NCBI GenBank assembly: GCA_964230645.1
Contig: CAXRHT010000003.1
Location: forward strand, 704,001-768,000
DNA: 64,000 nucleotides
Source: Bdellovibrionales bacterium
GTDB taxonomy: Bacteria > Bdellovibrionota > Bdellovibrionia > Bdellovibrionales > JAGQZY01
Direction of reading: 5' to 3'
Shown here: in pieces, positions 38,250 to 47,819 of the stretch
Position numbering within the stretch: the stretch's first letter is position 1
Layout: every line of letters begins with the position of its first letter
The notes under the pieces: generated by a model
Database searches by the model: none
Told to the model about the DNA's origin: nothing
Seen by the model: only the letters and a program-made list of their open reading frames with translations
Translations under genes and position numbers: made by a program

Positions 38250-38539
38250 TGACTTTAGTGAAAGTATTTATTTCGTCTCTTGCTATAGTGATGGTTTCAC
38301 TGAGTGCCTTCGCTCAAAAATCAAGTGGTAAGGCGAAAAGAACAACAATTAATTTCGAAGACCAATTAATTAAAGGTCAGAATCAAAAACCCGATTTGCT
38401 TTATCTTCTGCAAAAGAAGCAATTTAACTACAAGCGACTTATTCGCCTTCGTGAAGATTTTTTACCTGAGATGAGAGAGACAGCCACCGACATAGAAGAA
38501 GGTAGCCGACTCAGACTCAAGCAACCAGACAAGGAGTAA
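38246..38539 (+). CDS. Small periplasmic protein, GltF-like
   Basis: Signal peptide, TTINFEDQLIKG...KPD...LIRLREDFLPEM. Confidence 0.78.
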   Translation: MMTLVKVFISSLAIVMVSLSAFAQKSSGKAKRTTINFEDQLIKGQNQKPDLLYLLQKKQFNYKRLIRLREDFLPEMRETATDIEEGSRLRLKQPDKE

Positions 38540-38542
38540 GTT

Positions 38543-40666
38543 TTGGCTCAGATGGTGGTTCTTAAAATATACAAAGCGGGTCAACTGGTTGATGAGAAAA
38601 AACTCAATCAGGATCATATTGTTCTGGGTTCTTCAGACAGTGATGCCCATGTGACCTTATCTGGTGATGCGTCACCCGTTCATGCTTCCATTGAAAATCG
38701 CGGTGGTAAATACGTCGTCTGCGATTTGGGTTCTGAAAAAGGAACTTTCAAAAATTCTGATAAAATCCTTGAAGCGGAAGTGAAGCCTGGCGACAAAATC
38801 GTCATTGGCGAATTTAGTATCGAGTTTTACTTAGAAGAGTCCGTTGAAGAGGTTACAACAGCCACTTCAATCGTTGATACACCTTCAGATGACGGGTCTA
38901 AAGTTGATGAGCATGGTTCTATTGATATGATCGATGACTCTCAGACTGCGGAAATTCAGCTTGAAACTGACAGTGAAGTCAGTTCGACCACCTCAAGCGT
39001 TCAGCAGGAACAGTCCGCTCCTACACCATCGCCAAGTTCAGTCGCTGGTGTTACTGCCGCTGGGGCCGGAGCAAGTGCCGGGACCACAAATGTAGATTTT
39101 GGCAAAAAGACTTATGCGCCTAATAGTCCCTATAAAAACATCAATGAGTTTATTAAACCCACTAAGGGTACAACGGTTGAAGTTCTTGTTGCTTGGAGAG
39201 AGCGAGTCATCTCCTCTCATCATTTCACTGAAAATGGTCCGGTAACAGTGGGAACCCATCCTTCTTGTGATGTGATAGTTCCTCTAATTTCTTCCAACGT
39301 GAACAAAGCACCTCTGATTAATATCAACAACCAAGTTCAGATAATGCTTTATCCAGGAATGGAGGGGGTATTAGTCAACGATCAGCAACAAGCGACGCCT
39401 TTTAATCAGCTAGCTAATATCGGTCGTGGTTCTGGGCAGTCGGTTGTTTTACAACAAGGTGAATTGGCGAGAATCCAATTGGGCGGTGAAGTAGAAATCG
39501 TTGTTCGATATGCTTCTCAAGCTCCAAAACCAGTGGTTATTCCTTTCTTAGATCTTTCAAGTAATGGATTCTTAGCGATTCTTCTAGCAATAGTGCTTTC
39601 AGGAATACTTTCGCTGTGGGTCGCTCTTAATAAAATGGATCAGTTGGATTTACCCGATGAAGAAGAGTTTAGAACAGCTCTTATCATCACCAATCCACCC
39701 AAACCACCACCGCAGAAGAAAATAAAGCTTCCTCCACCGCCGAAGAAGCAACCGCCCAAGCCAAAAAAGAAAAAAAGAATCAAGCTTGAAAAAGTGACTA
39801 AGAAAAAGCCTAAAAAGGTGAAAGCGGATTTAAGCAAAAAGGTTAAGAAAAGAAAAGTTGTCCAAAAAAAGAAAAAGGCCGGAGCCAATGCTCGCGCCAA
39901 AGGAAGTGGCAGAGACGCATCACCTCGAGCGATGAGACCGAAAGAGGGTAAGAAAACCAACCAGGTCACGTCTGTTAAAAAGGGTGGATCAGTCAAAACG
40001 GCTAAAAAGCAAGGAGCTCAAGCCAACTCTGAGCGTAAGCTTAAAAAGTCGGGAATCTTCTCTGCTTTTGGAAGCGGTGGACGAAATGATCGAATCGATA
40101 AATCTTACTCCGGAAGTGGTGAGCTTGCAGGTCTTGCTGATCAAGCCTCAGGTTCCGCCGGATTTAGTGAGGACCGCCCTGGTGAGGGCTTAGGCTCAAA
40201 ATTTAAAGACACTGGTGCTGGTGGACAAGGAAAATCCAACGTTGGAGTTTCTGGTCTTAGCAAAGGTGGAAAAGGTCTGGGCGCAGGGGGCTTTGGTTCC
40301 TCAGGACTCGGTGACCGTAAGGCTGTCACAATTATTCCCGGTGGATCCGGAGAAGAGTTCAGCGGTCAAATTGATAGAGAAGGTATTAGAAAAGTTTTCT
40401 ATGATAACCAAAGAGCCATTCGTTCTTGTTATGAAAGAGAGCTTAATAGAAACCCCAACCTTTCAGGTATCTTAAAACTTAATTTTGATATCGGAGAGCT
40501 TGGACGAGTGGTTGGCCGCCCCTCAATTAATTGGTCGGATTCTTCAATGAAGAGTCGCACGGTGGCTGAGTGTATTTTAAATAGGTTAAGAACTTGGAGG
40601 TTTCCAGAACCTCCTCGCAATCAAGTTGTAAACGTAATTTATCCTCTAGCTTTTGCAGCTAAGTGA
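38543..40666 (+). CDS. FHA / TM / Pro-Lys linker / TonB-C protein, GltG-like (AgmX/PglI C-terminal domain)
   Basis: N-terminal FHA (DLGS..GT), TM, KPPP and Gly-rich linker, IRSCYEREL...L.G...WRFPEP...VIYPL.F. Confidence 0.85.
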   Translation: MAQMVVLKIYKAGQLVDEKKLNQDHIVLGSSDSDAHVTLSGDASPVHASIENRGGKYVVCDLGSEKGTFKNSDKILEAEVKPGDKIVIGEFSIEFYLEESVEEVTTATSIVDTPSDDGSKVDEHGSIDMIDDSQTAEIQLETDSEVSSTTSSVQQEQSAPTPSPSSVAGVTAAGAGASAGTTNVDFGKKTYAPNSPYKNINEFIKPTKGTTVEVLVAWRERVISSHHFTENGPVTVGTHPSCDVIVPLISSNVNKAPLININNQVQIMLYPGMEGVLVNDQQQATPFNQLANIGRGSGQSVVLQQGELARIQLGGEVEIVVRYASQAPKPVVIPFLDLSSNGFLAILLAIVLSGILSLWVALNKMDQLDLPDEEEFRTALIITNPPKPPPQKKIKLPPPPKKQPPKPKKKKRIKLEKVTKKKPKKVKADLSKKVKKRKVVQKKKKAGANARAKGSGRDASPRAMRPKEGKKTNQVTSVKKGGSVKTAKKQGAQANSERKLKKSGIFSAFGSGGRNDRIDKSYSGSGELAGLADQASGSAGFSEDRPGEGLGSKFKDTGAGGQGKSNVGVSGLSKGGKGLGAGGFGSSGLGDRKAVTIIPGGSGEEFSGQIDREGIRKVFYDNQRAIRSCYERELNRNPNLSGILKLNFDIGELGRVVGRPSINWSDSSMKSRTVAECILNRLRTWRFPEPPRNQVVNVIYPLAFAAK

Positions 40667-40685
40667 TAATCATGGGAGGTTAAAG

Positions 40686-41372
40686 GTGGAAGAAACCGAA
40701 ACAATGACAGAAGTCATGGCAAATGAAGAGACGCAAAACTTTGTTTTGCGCGCGTTCGAAGAGGGCGGAACAGCGATGTATTTTATCGCTGTGGTTGGAA
40801 TACTAACCCTCGTCGTAATTGTAAAACAAATCATGGCCCTGAAGGATGCCAGTATCGATAAAAAAGATTTCAATGAAAATCTTTTCGGTATGATTCTTCG
40901 AGGAGATATTCAGCAGGCAATTGCCTACTGTGATAGCAAGCCATCGCCATTAACAAATGTTTTAAAGGCTGGTCTTGTACAAGTGATGAATAAAAGACCG
41001 GATGAGGAAATTCAGGTCGCAATGGATGCCGCTGTCTTAAGGGACACTCCAAAAGTGGAGGGCTGGGTTTCATTTCTTGCGGTGTTTGGTAACCTTTCAA
41101 CTCTTATTGGTCTAGTTGGAACGATTATCGGAATGATCACTGCCTTTAGAGGGGTGTCTTCAGCCGATGATGCCAAGAAAGCAGAGCTTCTTTCGGAAGG
41201 TATTTCGGAAGCCCTAAACTGTACGGCTTTTGGACTGATCGTAGCCGTTTTAGCGATCGCTGCCTTTGGTATTTTCCAACATAGAATCAGTCTTATTCTC
41301 AATGAGATGACTGAGAGTAGCATGAGTTTAATTAACCTTGTTGCTTCTAATAGAGATAAAATTAAATCTTAA
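40686..41372 (+). CDS. MotA/TolQ/ExbB proton channel, AglR-like
   Basis: TLIGLVGTIIGMI.AF, GISEALNCTAFGL. GTG start after GGGAGG. Confidence 0.92.
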   Translation: MEETETMTEVMANEETQNFVLRAFEEGGTAMYFIAVVGILTLVVIVKQIMALKDASIDKKDFNENLFGMILRGDIQQAIAYCDSKPSPLTNVLKAGLVQVMNKRPDEEIQVAMDAAVLRDTPKVEGWVSFLAVFGNLSTLIGLVGTIIGMITAFRGVSSADDAKKAELLSEGISEALNCTAFGLIVAVLAIAAFGIFQHRISLILNEMTESSMSLINLVASNRDKIKS

Positions 41373-41393
41373 GGTAATAGGTAGGACACGCGT

Positions 41394-41885
41394 ATGGCAC
41401 AGGTAAGTGATGGTGGTGGAAATAAAAGAGCAGCCAGTTTCGATTTGAATTTGGTGCCCTTTATTGACTTGATGAGTGTGATGATCACATTTCTACTCAT
41501 CACGGCTGTGTGGACGCAAGTTTCGATGATTAAGCTCGGTAGTTCCATCTACGGAAAACAAAACACGGAAGAAACACCTCCGCCTCCTCCCAATGCGGAT
41601 GTACCGTTAAGGTTGGACGTTAAAGAAACGGGCTACCGACTCGTCGTGGGAAATCCTCTAAAAGGAACCACAGAGAATACAATGATTAATAAAGTCAATG
41701 GTGAGTACGATAAAGAAGAGCTCAAGAAGAAACTAGAAGCTGTGAAGCAGGCCTATCCCGATAAAGTGGACGCCGTCATCACAGTGGAAGAGCAATTGAA
41801 ATACGATTTTCTCATCCAAGGAATGGACGTTCTGTTGCAGTCGGGCTTTCCCGCCGTTTCAGTGGCGACCGGAGGAGCTGAGTAA
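41394..41885 (+). CDS. ExbD/TolR-family protein, AglQ-like
   Basis: LNLVPFIDLMSVMITFLL with the conserved Asp, Y..LIQGMD. Confidence 0.9.
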   Translation: MAQVSDGGGNKRAASFDLNLVPFIDLMSVMITFLLITAVWTQVSMIKLGSSIYGKQNTEETPPPPPNADVPLRLDVKETGYRLVVGNPLKGTTENTMINKVNGEYDKEELKKKLEAVKQAYPDKVDAVITVEEQLKYDFLIQGMDVLLQSGFPAVSVATGGAE

Positions 41886-42484
41886 TGGCCATATATGCGC
41901 CTGGAAAACGAAGTCGTCGTGGTAAAATGAGCGGCGGTAAAAAAAGCCTAGTGGTTGTTTTATCACTAACGGCAATGGTGGATATGTTCACCGTTTTAGC
42001 GGTCTTTCTACTACAAAACTATCGTGTGGAAGAAATTCAGCTAAAAAAGTCGGTGCCTCTCCCTGAAGCAACCGCTGTTAAAAAGTTAAAACCAGCCCAT
42101 GTGGTGGTTGTCACTCAAGATGAAATTTTCTTGGATGAAACCGCTGTTGCACAATTTGAAGAGGTCAAAGAACAAGAACATTGGCTGATCGAACCACTGC
42201 AAGAAGGCTTGCAAAAAGCCATTGAAGCTAAAAAGCTTGAAATGGAAAGTGGTCTTAAAAATGCTCTGAAGAATGCTATGGAGCAAGAGAAAGACCCCGA
42301 GGAAATGACGGAAGAAGAGCGTGAAGAGATGAGGGCCAAACGTTATGCATGGGGACGAGTGACCATGCAGGCGGACAAAGAGGTCGATTTTCTGACCATC
42401 AAAAAAGTCATGTACACAATCACAGAGGCTGGAGCTTCGCTGATTAACTTTGCCGTCACACCGAAGGAAAAATCCCAAGAATAA
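41885..42484 (+). CDS. ExbD/TolR-family protein, AglS-like
   Basis: LTAMVDMFTVLAVFLL, QADK.V.F..IKKVMYT...AG...INFAV. Confidence 0.9.
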   Translation: MAIYAPGKRSRRGKMSGGKKSLVVVLSLTAMVDMFTVLAVFLLQNYRVEEIQLKKSVPLPEATAVKKLKPAHVVVVTQDEIFLDETAVAQFEEVKEQEHWLIEPLQEGLQKAIEAKKLEMESGLKNALKNAMEQEKDPEEMTEEEREEMRAKRYAWGRVTMQADKEVDFLTIKKVMYTITEAGASLINFAVTPKEKSQE

Positions 42485-42510
42485 AAAAAGCCGGAAAATT
42501 CTTTCCGGCT
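42484..42510 (-). terminator. Intrinsic terminator between convergent genes
   Basis: AGCCGGAAA...TTTCCGGCT stem with an A run on the left (U tract on the minus strand). Confidence 0.75.
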
Positions 42511-42544
42511 CTCAAAGATAATCTTCAATTTTTAAATCATAGAA

Positions 42545-43930
42545 TTACTGATAATTGATGTTTGGGAAAAAGCTGTTGTACTCTTGTATTGTAGGGTTAC
42601 CAGTATAATCATAGTCTCCACCAGCTGAGTTGAGAAGATCACCTATATCAGAGGAGTCATTACAGCCGTCTCCAAAGCCTGTGTCATACGCGCAATCAAC
42701 ACCCTCCGTTCCAATTACATCGGGATTATATGTCATGCCTCCCGAGGTTTGATAAAGGAAAAAGTCAGCGAGTGTATTCCATTCGCGAATATAGAACTTA
42801 ATTCTTTGCTTCACCTCGAGAGCAGAATCAGCACATGTGAAAGTCCATGCACTATTATCATATCCCACACCAATGCCTGCACTACGAAGACGAGTTCCGC
42901 TCACATCTGTTACTGGGTCCATGAAAAAAGGGCGGTTTGAATTCAAAGAATTGTCATAAAAGTCTTCATGGTAGTGAGGACTCTGCATAGGAAGTTCGAT
43001 CGTGTTGCCTTCGAAATAGTTGGCCCAAGTAGAAAAACCTACTTGAGTTGTTGACGCATTTGAGCTGAGGTTGATCGATTCATTCAAGCCCACTGGGTTG
43101 TTTGAGCCTGGATCTCTTGGAACGTGTTGTATACGGCCCACTGGAACACCACTGGGAGAAAATGTTGCCCATCCATTAGCGATGTGTGGTGACATACAAG
43201 CCATGGGATCGTTACCCCAACTGGCATCTATGACCTCGGTGCTCACAGCCGAACCATCATCAGTATTTTTCGTTAAAACGTAATCACCCACACAACAATT
43301 GGGTAAACCTTGATCGGAGTGGTCGTAGACACAACGAGGTCCTTCCGTATTTCCTACATCTTCGAGTTCAGGATGTAGGTTACAGGCCACTGGGGGGCCA
43401 CCAATACCGTCATGATCGGCCTCACAGCTTGTGACCACGGGGTTATCACCTGAGGCATCGATGTCTATTTCAATTGTCTGGGGGCCTCGCCCTGGTCCAT
43501 AATTCCAGTTCCAAGCGGGTTGAGTGATCACGTACTGACAGAGCCCTGGAGGTGCATTGTATTGTAGTTCTAAGTTATGAACGTAAAGATCACCCTCCAT
43601 AATATCCAGATAGCATTTCATGTCGATGAAATCAGTTTCATCACGATCGATGAAGCAATCCGAATCGAAACTCTCAGAGTTGTCCACGAAAAGGTCGATT
43701 TGTTCACTTTGCACGTTGACCCAAAATCCGGTTTCTTCGATTTCACCCACCGGCGTGTCATCAACGGGATCATCATCAGTAGGAGGGTCTGTGCCTGGAT
43801 CAGGATTTGGATTTCCTGGAAGGCTTGGCAATTCTCTTGAGTCTGAAACTTCATCAGAGCAGCCCACCACGGAGAATAAGCATCCATAGCAGAATGTTAA
43901 AAGAAATATAATACGAATCTTTCTAGTCAT
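42545..43930 (-). CDS. Acidic Cys-rich lipoprotein of unknown function
   Basis: MTRKIR signal with lipobox VVGC, Pro/Asp linker, D/N/G-rich with many Cys. Confidence 0.78.
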   Translation of the reverse strand: MTRKIRIIFLLTFCYGCLFSVVGCSDEVSDSRELPSLPGNPNPDPGTDPPTDDDPVDDTPVGEIEETGFWVNVQSEQIDLFVDNSESFDSDCFIDRDETDFIDMKCYLDIMEGDLYVHNLELQYNAPPGLCQYVITQPAWNWNYGPGRGPQTIEIDIDASGDNPVVTSCEADHDGIGGPPVACNLHPELEDVGNTEGPRCVYDHSDQGLPNCCVGDYVLTKNTDDGSAVSTEVIDASWGNDPMACMSPHIANGWATFSPSGVPVGRIQHVPRDPGSNNPVGLNESINLSSNASTTQVGFSTWANYFEGNTIELPMQSPHYHEDFYDNSLNSNRPFFMDPVTDVSGTRLRSAGIGVGYDNSAWTFTCADSALEVKQRIKFYIREWNTLADFFLYQTSGGMTYNPDVIGTEGVDCAYDTGFGDGCNDSSDIGDLLNSAGGDYDYTGNPTIQEYNSFFPNINYQ

Positions 43931-43977
43931 GACATTTCCTTTGTAGTCAAAATTACTACTGGACATATTCAATACCT

Positions 43978-44005
43978 CTATCGGGTTTTTCGAAGGGGAA
44001 ATTGA
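43978..44005 (-). promoter_or_regulatory. FliA-type promoter
   Basis: TCAAT-N15-CCCGATAG on the minus strand. Confidence 0.55.
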
Positions 44006-44110
44006 ATCAAAACAGAGGGCTCCGAAAAATCTAGACTATAGAAAATTAATTGATCAAAAGATTTAACTAATAAGACAAAGGTGTCTCCAAATGAAACAGA
44101 ATGGGAATGC

Positions 44111-45187
44111 TTACTTTGGACAATTGTGGGGCAAGTTGGAAATACTATTTTTACGAGCATAGGCTTTGTAGTGTTTGCATAGATGCCCGAATAAGTTGGT
44201 CTTCGAGCTTGCAAACTCGAGTTGACTAGCAATTCCGCGGTAACGGTCCATACGCTCCTGCAAGAGACCTTTAACATCAGGCCCCGCATTTGTAACATTT
44301 TTTCCAGAAGATCCATTTCTTCTCTGTCTATTATGAAGAGTCTTTCCTAATTGTTTGTTACCGCTGGAGCTTCCATTAAGACCGAAATATTTTCCTCCAA
44401 GAAGTTTTGAAGCTAGATTTTTGAGGCGATTTATAAAGCTATTGCCATTTTTTTTTTGCGTTTGAGTATTAGCATTAGAAGAGGCCTTGCCACTTTCGAA
44501 CTGCCCAAAAGAAGCGGCTGGTAAAGAGGGGCCACCTTGCTGCGATATAGGGGAAGAGGTTTTATTATTTTCTTTATTTAAATCAACAGCTGTTTTGGTT
44601 GCCGCAGAAATCGATGGTGAGAGAGCTCGTTTTTCATTATTCGGAGGGGGTGTAACCCCAGGGGGCTCGTCCTCAGGTGTGTAGATAAAACCATTGACTA
44701 CGCGACCTTGGGAGCCGCTCGAGGAGGTTCCATTTCCGAAAGAGCCTGTTGAACTCATCGCACTGGATACACCGCCCGAAGTTCCTGCCGCAGGATTCGC
44801 ACCTTGGGAAAAGGCTCCATTGTTATTAATTGAAGGAGACCCAGGCTGAGAGGTTGACGGATCGGCTCCGGCTTCAGTGGGAGAAATTTCGCTTCCATCG
44901 GTGAGTAGATCCTCTGCACGTGGGCGTCCAATAACTCGTCTAGTATCGGGCTGTCCTCTTCGGCGGTCAATAATACGAATTTGTGGCCGATAGTCAGGCA
45001 TAGCAGTCGGTGTGGAGCCAAGGTCAATACCCACATTAGAGCGCAAGTTACTTTTATGGTTTGATTGCTCTCCGCCTCGGCAGTTAGGAGGATTATATAT
45101 GGCATCGCAGACTTGCGAGCTGGACACATCCACCACAATTTCTTCGGCCAGAATAAATCCTGAAAGGAGAAGACTAACTAAAAACAA
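44111..45187 (-). CDS. Secreted low-complexity (S/G/N/P) protein
   Basis: TTG start after GAGGAG, 2 nt from the upstream stop, signal peptide, basic C-terminal tail RGIAS...NLFGHLCKHY. Confidence 0.72.
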   Translation of the reverse strand: MFLVSLLLSGFILAEEIVVDVSSSQVCDAIYNPPNCRGGEQSNHKSNLRSNVGIDLGSTPTAMPDYRPQIRIIDRRRGQPDTRRVIGRPRAEDLLTDGSEISPTEAGADPSTSQPGSPSINNNGAFSQGANPAAGTSGGVSSAMSSTGSFGNGTSSSGSQGRVVNGFIYTPEDEPPGVTPPPNNEKRALSPSISAATKTAVDLNKENNKTSSPISQQGGPSLPAASFGQFESGKASSNANTQTQKKNGNSFINRLKNLASKLLGGKYFGLNGSSSGNKQLGKTLHNRQRRNGSSGKNVTNAGPDVKGLLQERMDRYRGIASQLEFASSKTNLFGHLCKHYKAYARKNSISNLPHNCPK

Positions 45188-45189
45188 CT

Positions 45190-46065
45190 TCAGTTCTCCT
45201 CATTTTCGGAAGCTGGTTGGCGTGCCAGCTCTCTTTCGGCCATTTGATTAACAAAGTCAGCCAATCTTGAGACTTCTTCGGCTAAAGCGTTTTCTTTTTC
45301 ACGGTTTTTAATATGCGTAACCGCTAAACTTTGCATCATAGTTGGAGCTGTTCCAGGAAGGTTTAAGTCATCGGTTAAAGCACGAATCTGTTTTCTTACT
45401 CCACTGGGCGTACAGGTCTTCGCAAAAAGATCCATCAAACCTTGATCGGTGAAAATTTGATCAAATGTATTTTGGCAGGCGTCGCTGGTCGATTTTTTGA
45501 TTAAGTCTACACATTGTTGGTTGGCTTCTCGTACCTCTTCTCGGTAACGGTTTAGTAATTCAATTCTATCTTTGGCAAACCTTATTGCACCTTCCGGGTT
45601 TTCCCTGCTAATGTCTTCAGCAAGTTGTTGTCTTGCCATTCGGAGGCGTTCATCAACGATTGATTGGGCACCGCTACATGCACTGCCGACACCGTCTACA
45701 TAGCAATTTCCGTTAATTTTATCATTTATTTGTACTCGAATGGCTTCATTCAAACAATCATCGCTTCTTAGCTGTCTACGCTCTAGGGCATGAACGTATT
45801 CTTCTGGAACGGGAATAATGTCTGATTGGTTTCCACCTTGTGCAAGCTGACGGCGATTAAAGGCCGCTGTTTGTTGGCCGGCATGTATGAGTCGGTTATC
45901 TCTTTCAATTTGTTGGTTCACCAAATTGACCAGGTGATTTTCATGCTGCATTAAAGCGATACCGTTGAAAGCGGGTGACTCACAAATTTCAGAGGAACGG
46001 TCCTCCGCAATGAGTGAAGAGCCTACAACTAAAATTATTAAATTTATAAATAGCATTCTATTCAT
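45190..46065 (-). CDS. Secreted helical Cys-containing hypothetical protein
   Basis: GGGGGA RBS, signal peptide ending LIA. Confidence 0.75.
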   Translation of the reverse strand: MNRMLFINLIILVVGSSLIAEDRSSEICESPAFNGIALMQHENHLVNLVNQQIERDNRLIHAGQQTAAFNRRQLAQGGNQSDIIPVPEEYVHALERRQLRSDDCLNEAIRVQINDKINGNCYVDGVGSACSGAQSIVDERLRMARQQLAEDISRENPEGAIRFAKDRIELLNRYREEVREANQQCVDLIKKSTSDACQNTFDQIFTDQGLMDLFAKTCTPSGVRKQIRALTDDLNLPGTAPTMMQSLAVTHIKNREKENALAEEVSRLADFVNQMAERELARQPASENEEN

Positions 46066-46090
46066 AAATCCCCCGATTTATTTTTCTATT

Positions 46091-46118
46091 ATATCGGGAA
46101 AATGGCTTCTATACTGAA
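46091..46118 (-). promoter_or_regulatory. FliA-type promoter
   Basis: TTCAG-N15-CCCGATAT on the minus strand upstream of 46065. Confidence 0.45.
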
Positions 46119-46295
46119 AAACTAGATATTGTGTTTCAAAATGAAATAAACCAATTGTATTGAAAATCTCAAGGTGACAAATTACGTTTTAAGTCTGTCT
46201 ATGGTTTAGACAACAAACTAATTTAATTTCTTTAACAGGGTGTGTTTCACACTGAGAAAGCCTATAAACTATTAAAACTAAGGCGAAAAAACGAA

Positions 46296-46312
46296 GTGGC
46301 ACTTCTTTTGAT
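46296..46312 (+). promoter_or_regulatory. Sigma54-like promoter
   Basis: GTGGCACTTCTTTTGAT (GG-N10-GA variant). Confidence 0.5.
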
Positions 46313-46349
46313 ATAAAAAGAGGTAGCGGAACAAAATAGGAAGGACAAA

Positions 46350-46952
46350 ATGAATAAAATCATTCTAATGACAATTTCTACACTTCTTACTTTTAACACA
46401 AGCTTTGCGCAAGAGAGCAATAGCTCCTCTCAAATTATGAGAATGGTTTGTATGAAGACCTTGAGCACTGGTGGTTACACTGGGAAGGTTTATGTGATCG
46501 AGCAAGTTAATCCTGACATCTATGATGGTTCCGTTTTTTCAGAAAATATCCCACGCCAAAATGGTGAAATGGTTTTAAGAACAGATATGGTTCCCTTTCG
46601 AGTCACCATTTTCCCTCAAGTTGATGGCCTCCGAGGGATTTCAGATTACACAAGTTTAGGAAACGAACTGTTAAATACCGTACAGAGTCGGAGATCATCG
46701 GTGGTAGATTCTATGGGCTATCGTATGCACATGGGCCGAGATCATCATTATTTCTTTTCACTGAATCCATCCGGTTCAGACTATATTAGGCATGACGTTG
46801 ATAATCCTGAAGGAACTCATTACCAACATGGCGAAGACGGCGGACGAATGGAGTGCCAATCTCCTTACTCAGTGGCCTTCAATTCAGCTCCTGAAATTCT
46901 AGACGAGGAACAAACCTCTGATATCGTTACAGCCAGTTACGTCGCCGAATAG
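46350..46952 (+). CDS. Secreted hypothetical protein, paralog of 47254-47775
   Basis: Signal ending SFA, IMRMVC...GGRMECQSPY. Confidence 0.78.
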   Translation: MNKIILMTISTLLTFNTSFAQESNSSSQIMRMVCMKTLSTGGYTGKVYVIEQVNPDIYDGSVFSENIPRQNGEMVLRTDMVPFRVTIFPQVDGLRGISDYTSLGNELLNTVQSRRSSVVDSMGYRMHMGRDHHYFFSLNPSGSDYIRHDVDNPEGTHYQHGEDGGRMECQSPYSVAFNSAPEILDEEQTSDIVTASYVAE

Positions 46953-46982
46953 AGCTTTGCATCCGAAAATATGGAAAACTTC

Positions 46983-47030
46983 CTGTCGTCCTGAGACGAA
47001 GTCGAAGGGCCTGTGAGAGCTGGGTCGAAG
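46983..47030. repeat. Degenerate REP-like short repeat (two GTCGAAG-ending units)
   Basis: CTGTCGTCCTGAGACGAAGTCGAAGGG then CCTGTGAGAGCTGGGTCGAAG. Resembles GTCnnCCTGAG..GTCGAAGG palindromic repeats (recalled, not searched). Confidence 0.35.
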
Positions 47031-47253
47031 TTCTCAAAATATAGGTAACTCGATTGCAAATATATAGTCATTCTAAATAGTTATCGAAATGGCAACAAAT
47101 CAAACAAAGGACGTCTAACCTGTTGGCTGGTTATACAACCCTGAAAAACCTTCAGTCTGACTTAATAAATGGCCAATAGGCATGTATACATAATTCAATG
47201 AAAAGAGTTTATCGAAATAGATAGAAATACCACTCTTGTTCATTGGAGTTTGT

Positions 47254-47775
47254 ATGAAAAATTTAATTCTATCCACTTTAGTTTTTTTGCTTCTTCCAGC
47301 AATGAGTTCTGCTCAGTCTGATCCTATTATGGAAATGGTTTGTCTGGCCACTATTTCAAATAGTGATGGCAGTACCCATCATAGAGGACAAGTCTTTGTA
47401 ATTACGCAAACGGAAACAGGTACCTATCCTGCTAGTGTTTTTGTTGATCGTTTTCCCCAGTTTGATGGGAAGCCTTTGATACGAACCGATTGGGTTTCCT
47501 TCAATTTAAAATATTTCAAACAGGCCCCTTCCATCAATGAAGGAGAAGACGCCTCAGCTTACGCCACCGATCTTACCGAAAACCACGAATTCGAAGAAAT
47601 TTCCACGCAAGGCTACAGATATCACGCTCGAGTGGGAGCCCACTATTATTTCGGCTGGGGTAGCAACACAGTGGAGGAGTTCATCCGCTACAACCCCCTC
47701 AGCCCCGAAGACAGTATCTTCGATGATGGAAATACAGGCGGAGTCCTCGACTGCCTGCCACCTTATCTAAAATAA
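47254..47775 (+). CDS. Secreted hypothetical protein, paralog of 46350-46952
   Basis: ATG after GGAG, signal ending SSA, IMEMVC...GGVLDCLPPY. Confidence 0.78.
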   Translation: MKNLILSTLVFLLLPAMSSAQSDPIMEMVCLATISNSDGSTHHRGQVFVITQTETGTYPASVFVDRFPQFDGKPLIRTDWVSFNLKYFKQAPSINEGEDASAYATDLTENHEFEEISTQGYRYHARVGAHYYFGWGSNTVEEFIRYNPLSPEDSIFDDGNTGGVLDCLPPYLK

Positions 47776-47819
47776 TATTTTTTCTCAGTAATCGTTTGAG
47801 TCTGTCTCAGAGGAGACAA

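Noticed and set aside
39640..40330. Low-complexity Lys/Pro/Gly DNA and antisense ORFs
   Set aside because: Explained by the periplasm-spanning linker of the GltG-like protein.
30815..42484. Gliding locus as a novel system
   Set aside because: It matches the described Agl-Glt architecture of Myxococcus and Bdellovibrio; only its context is reported.
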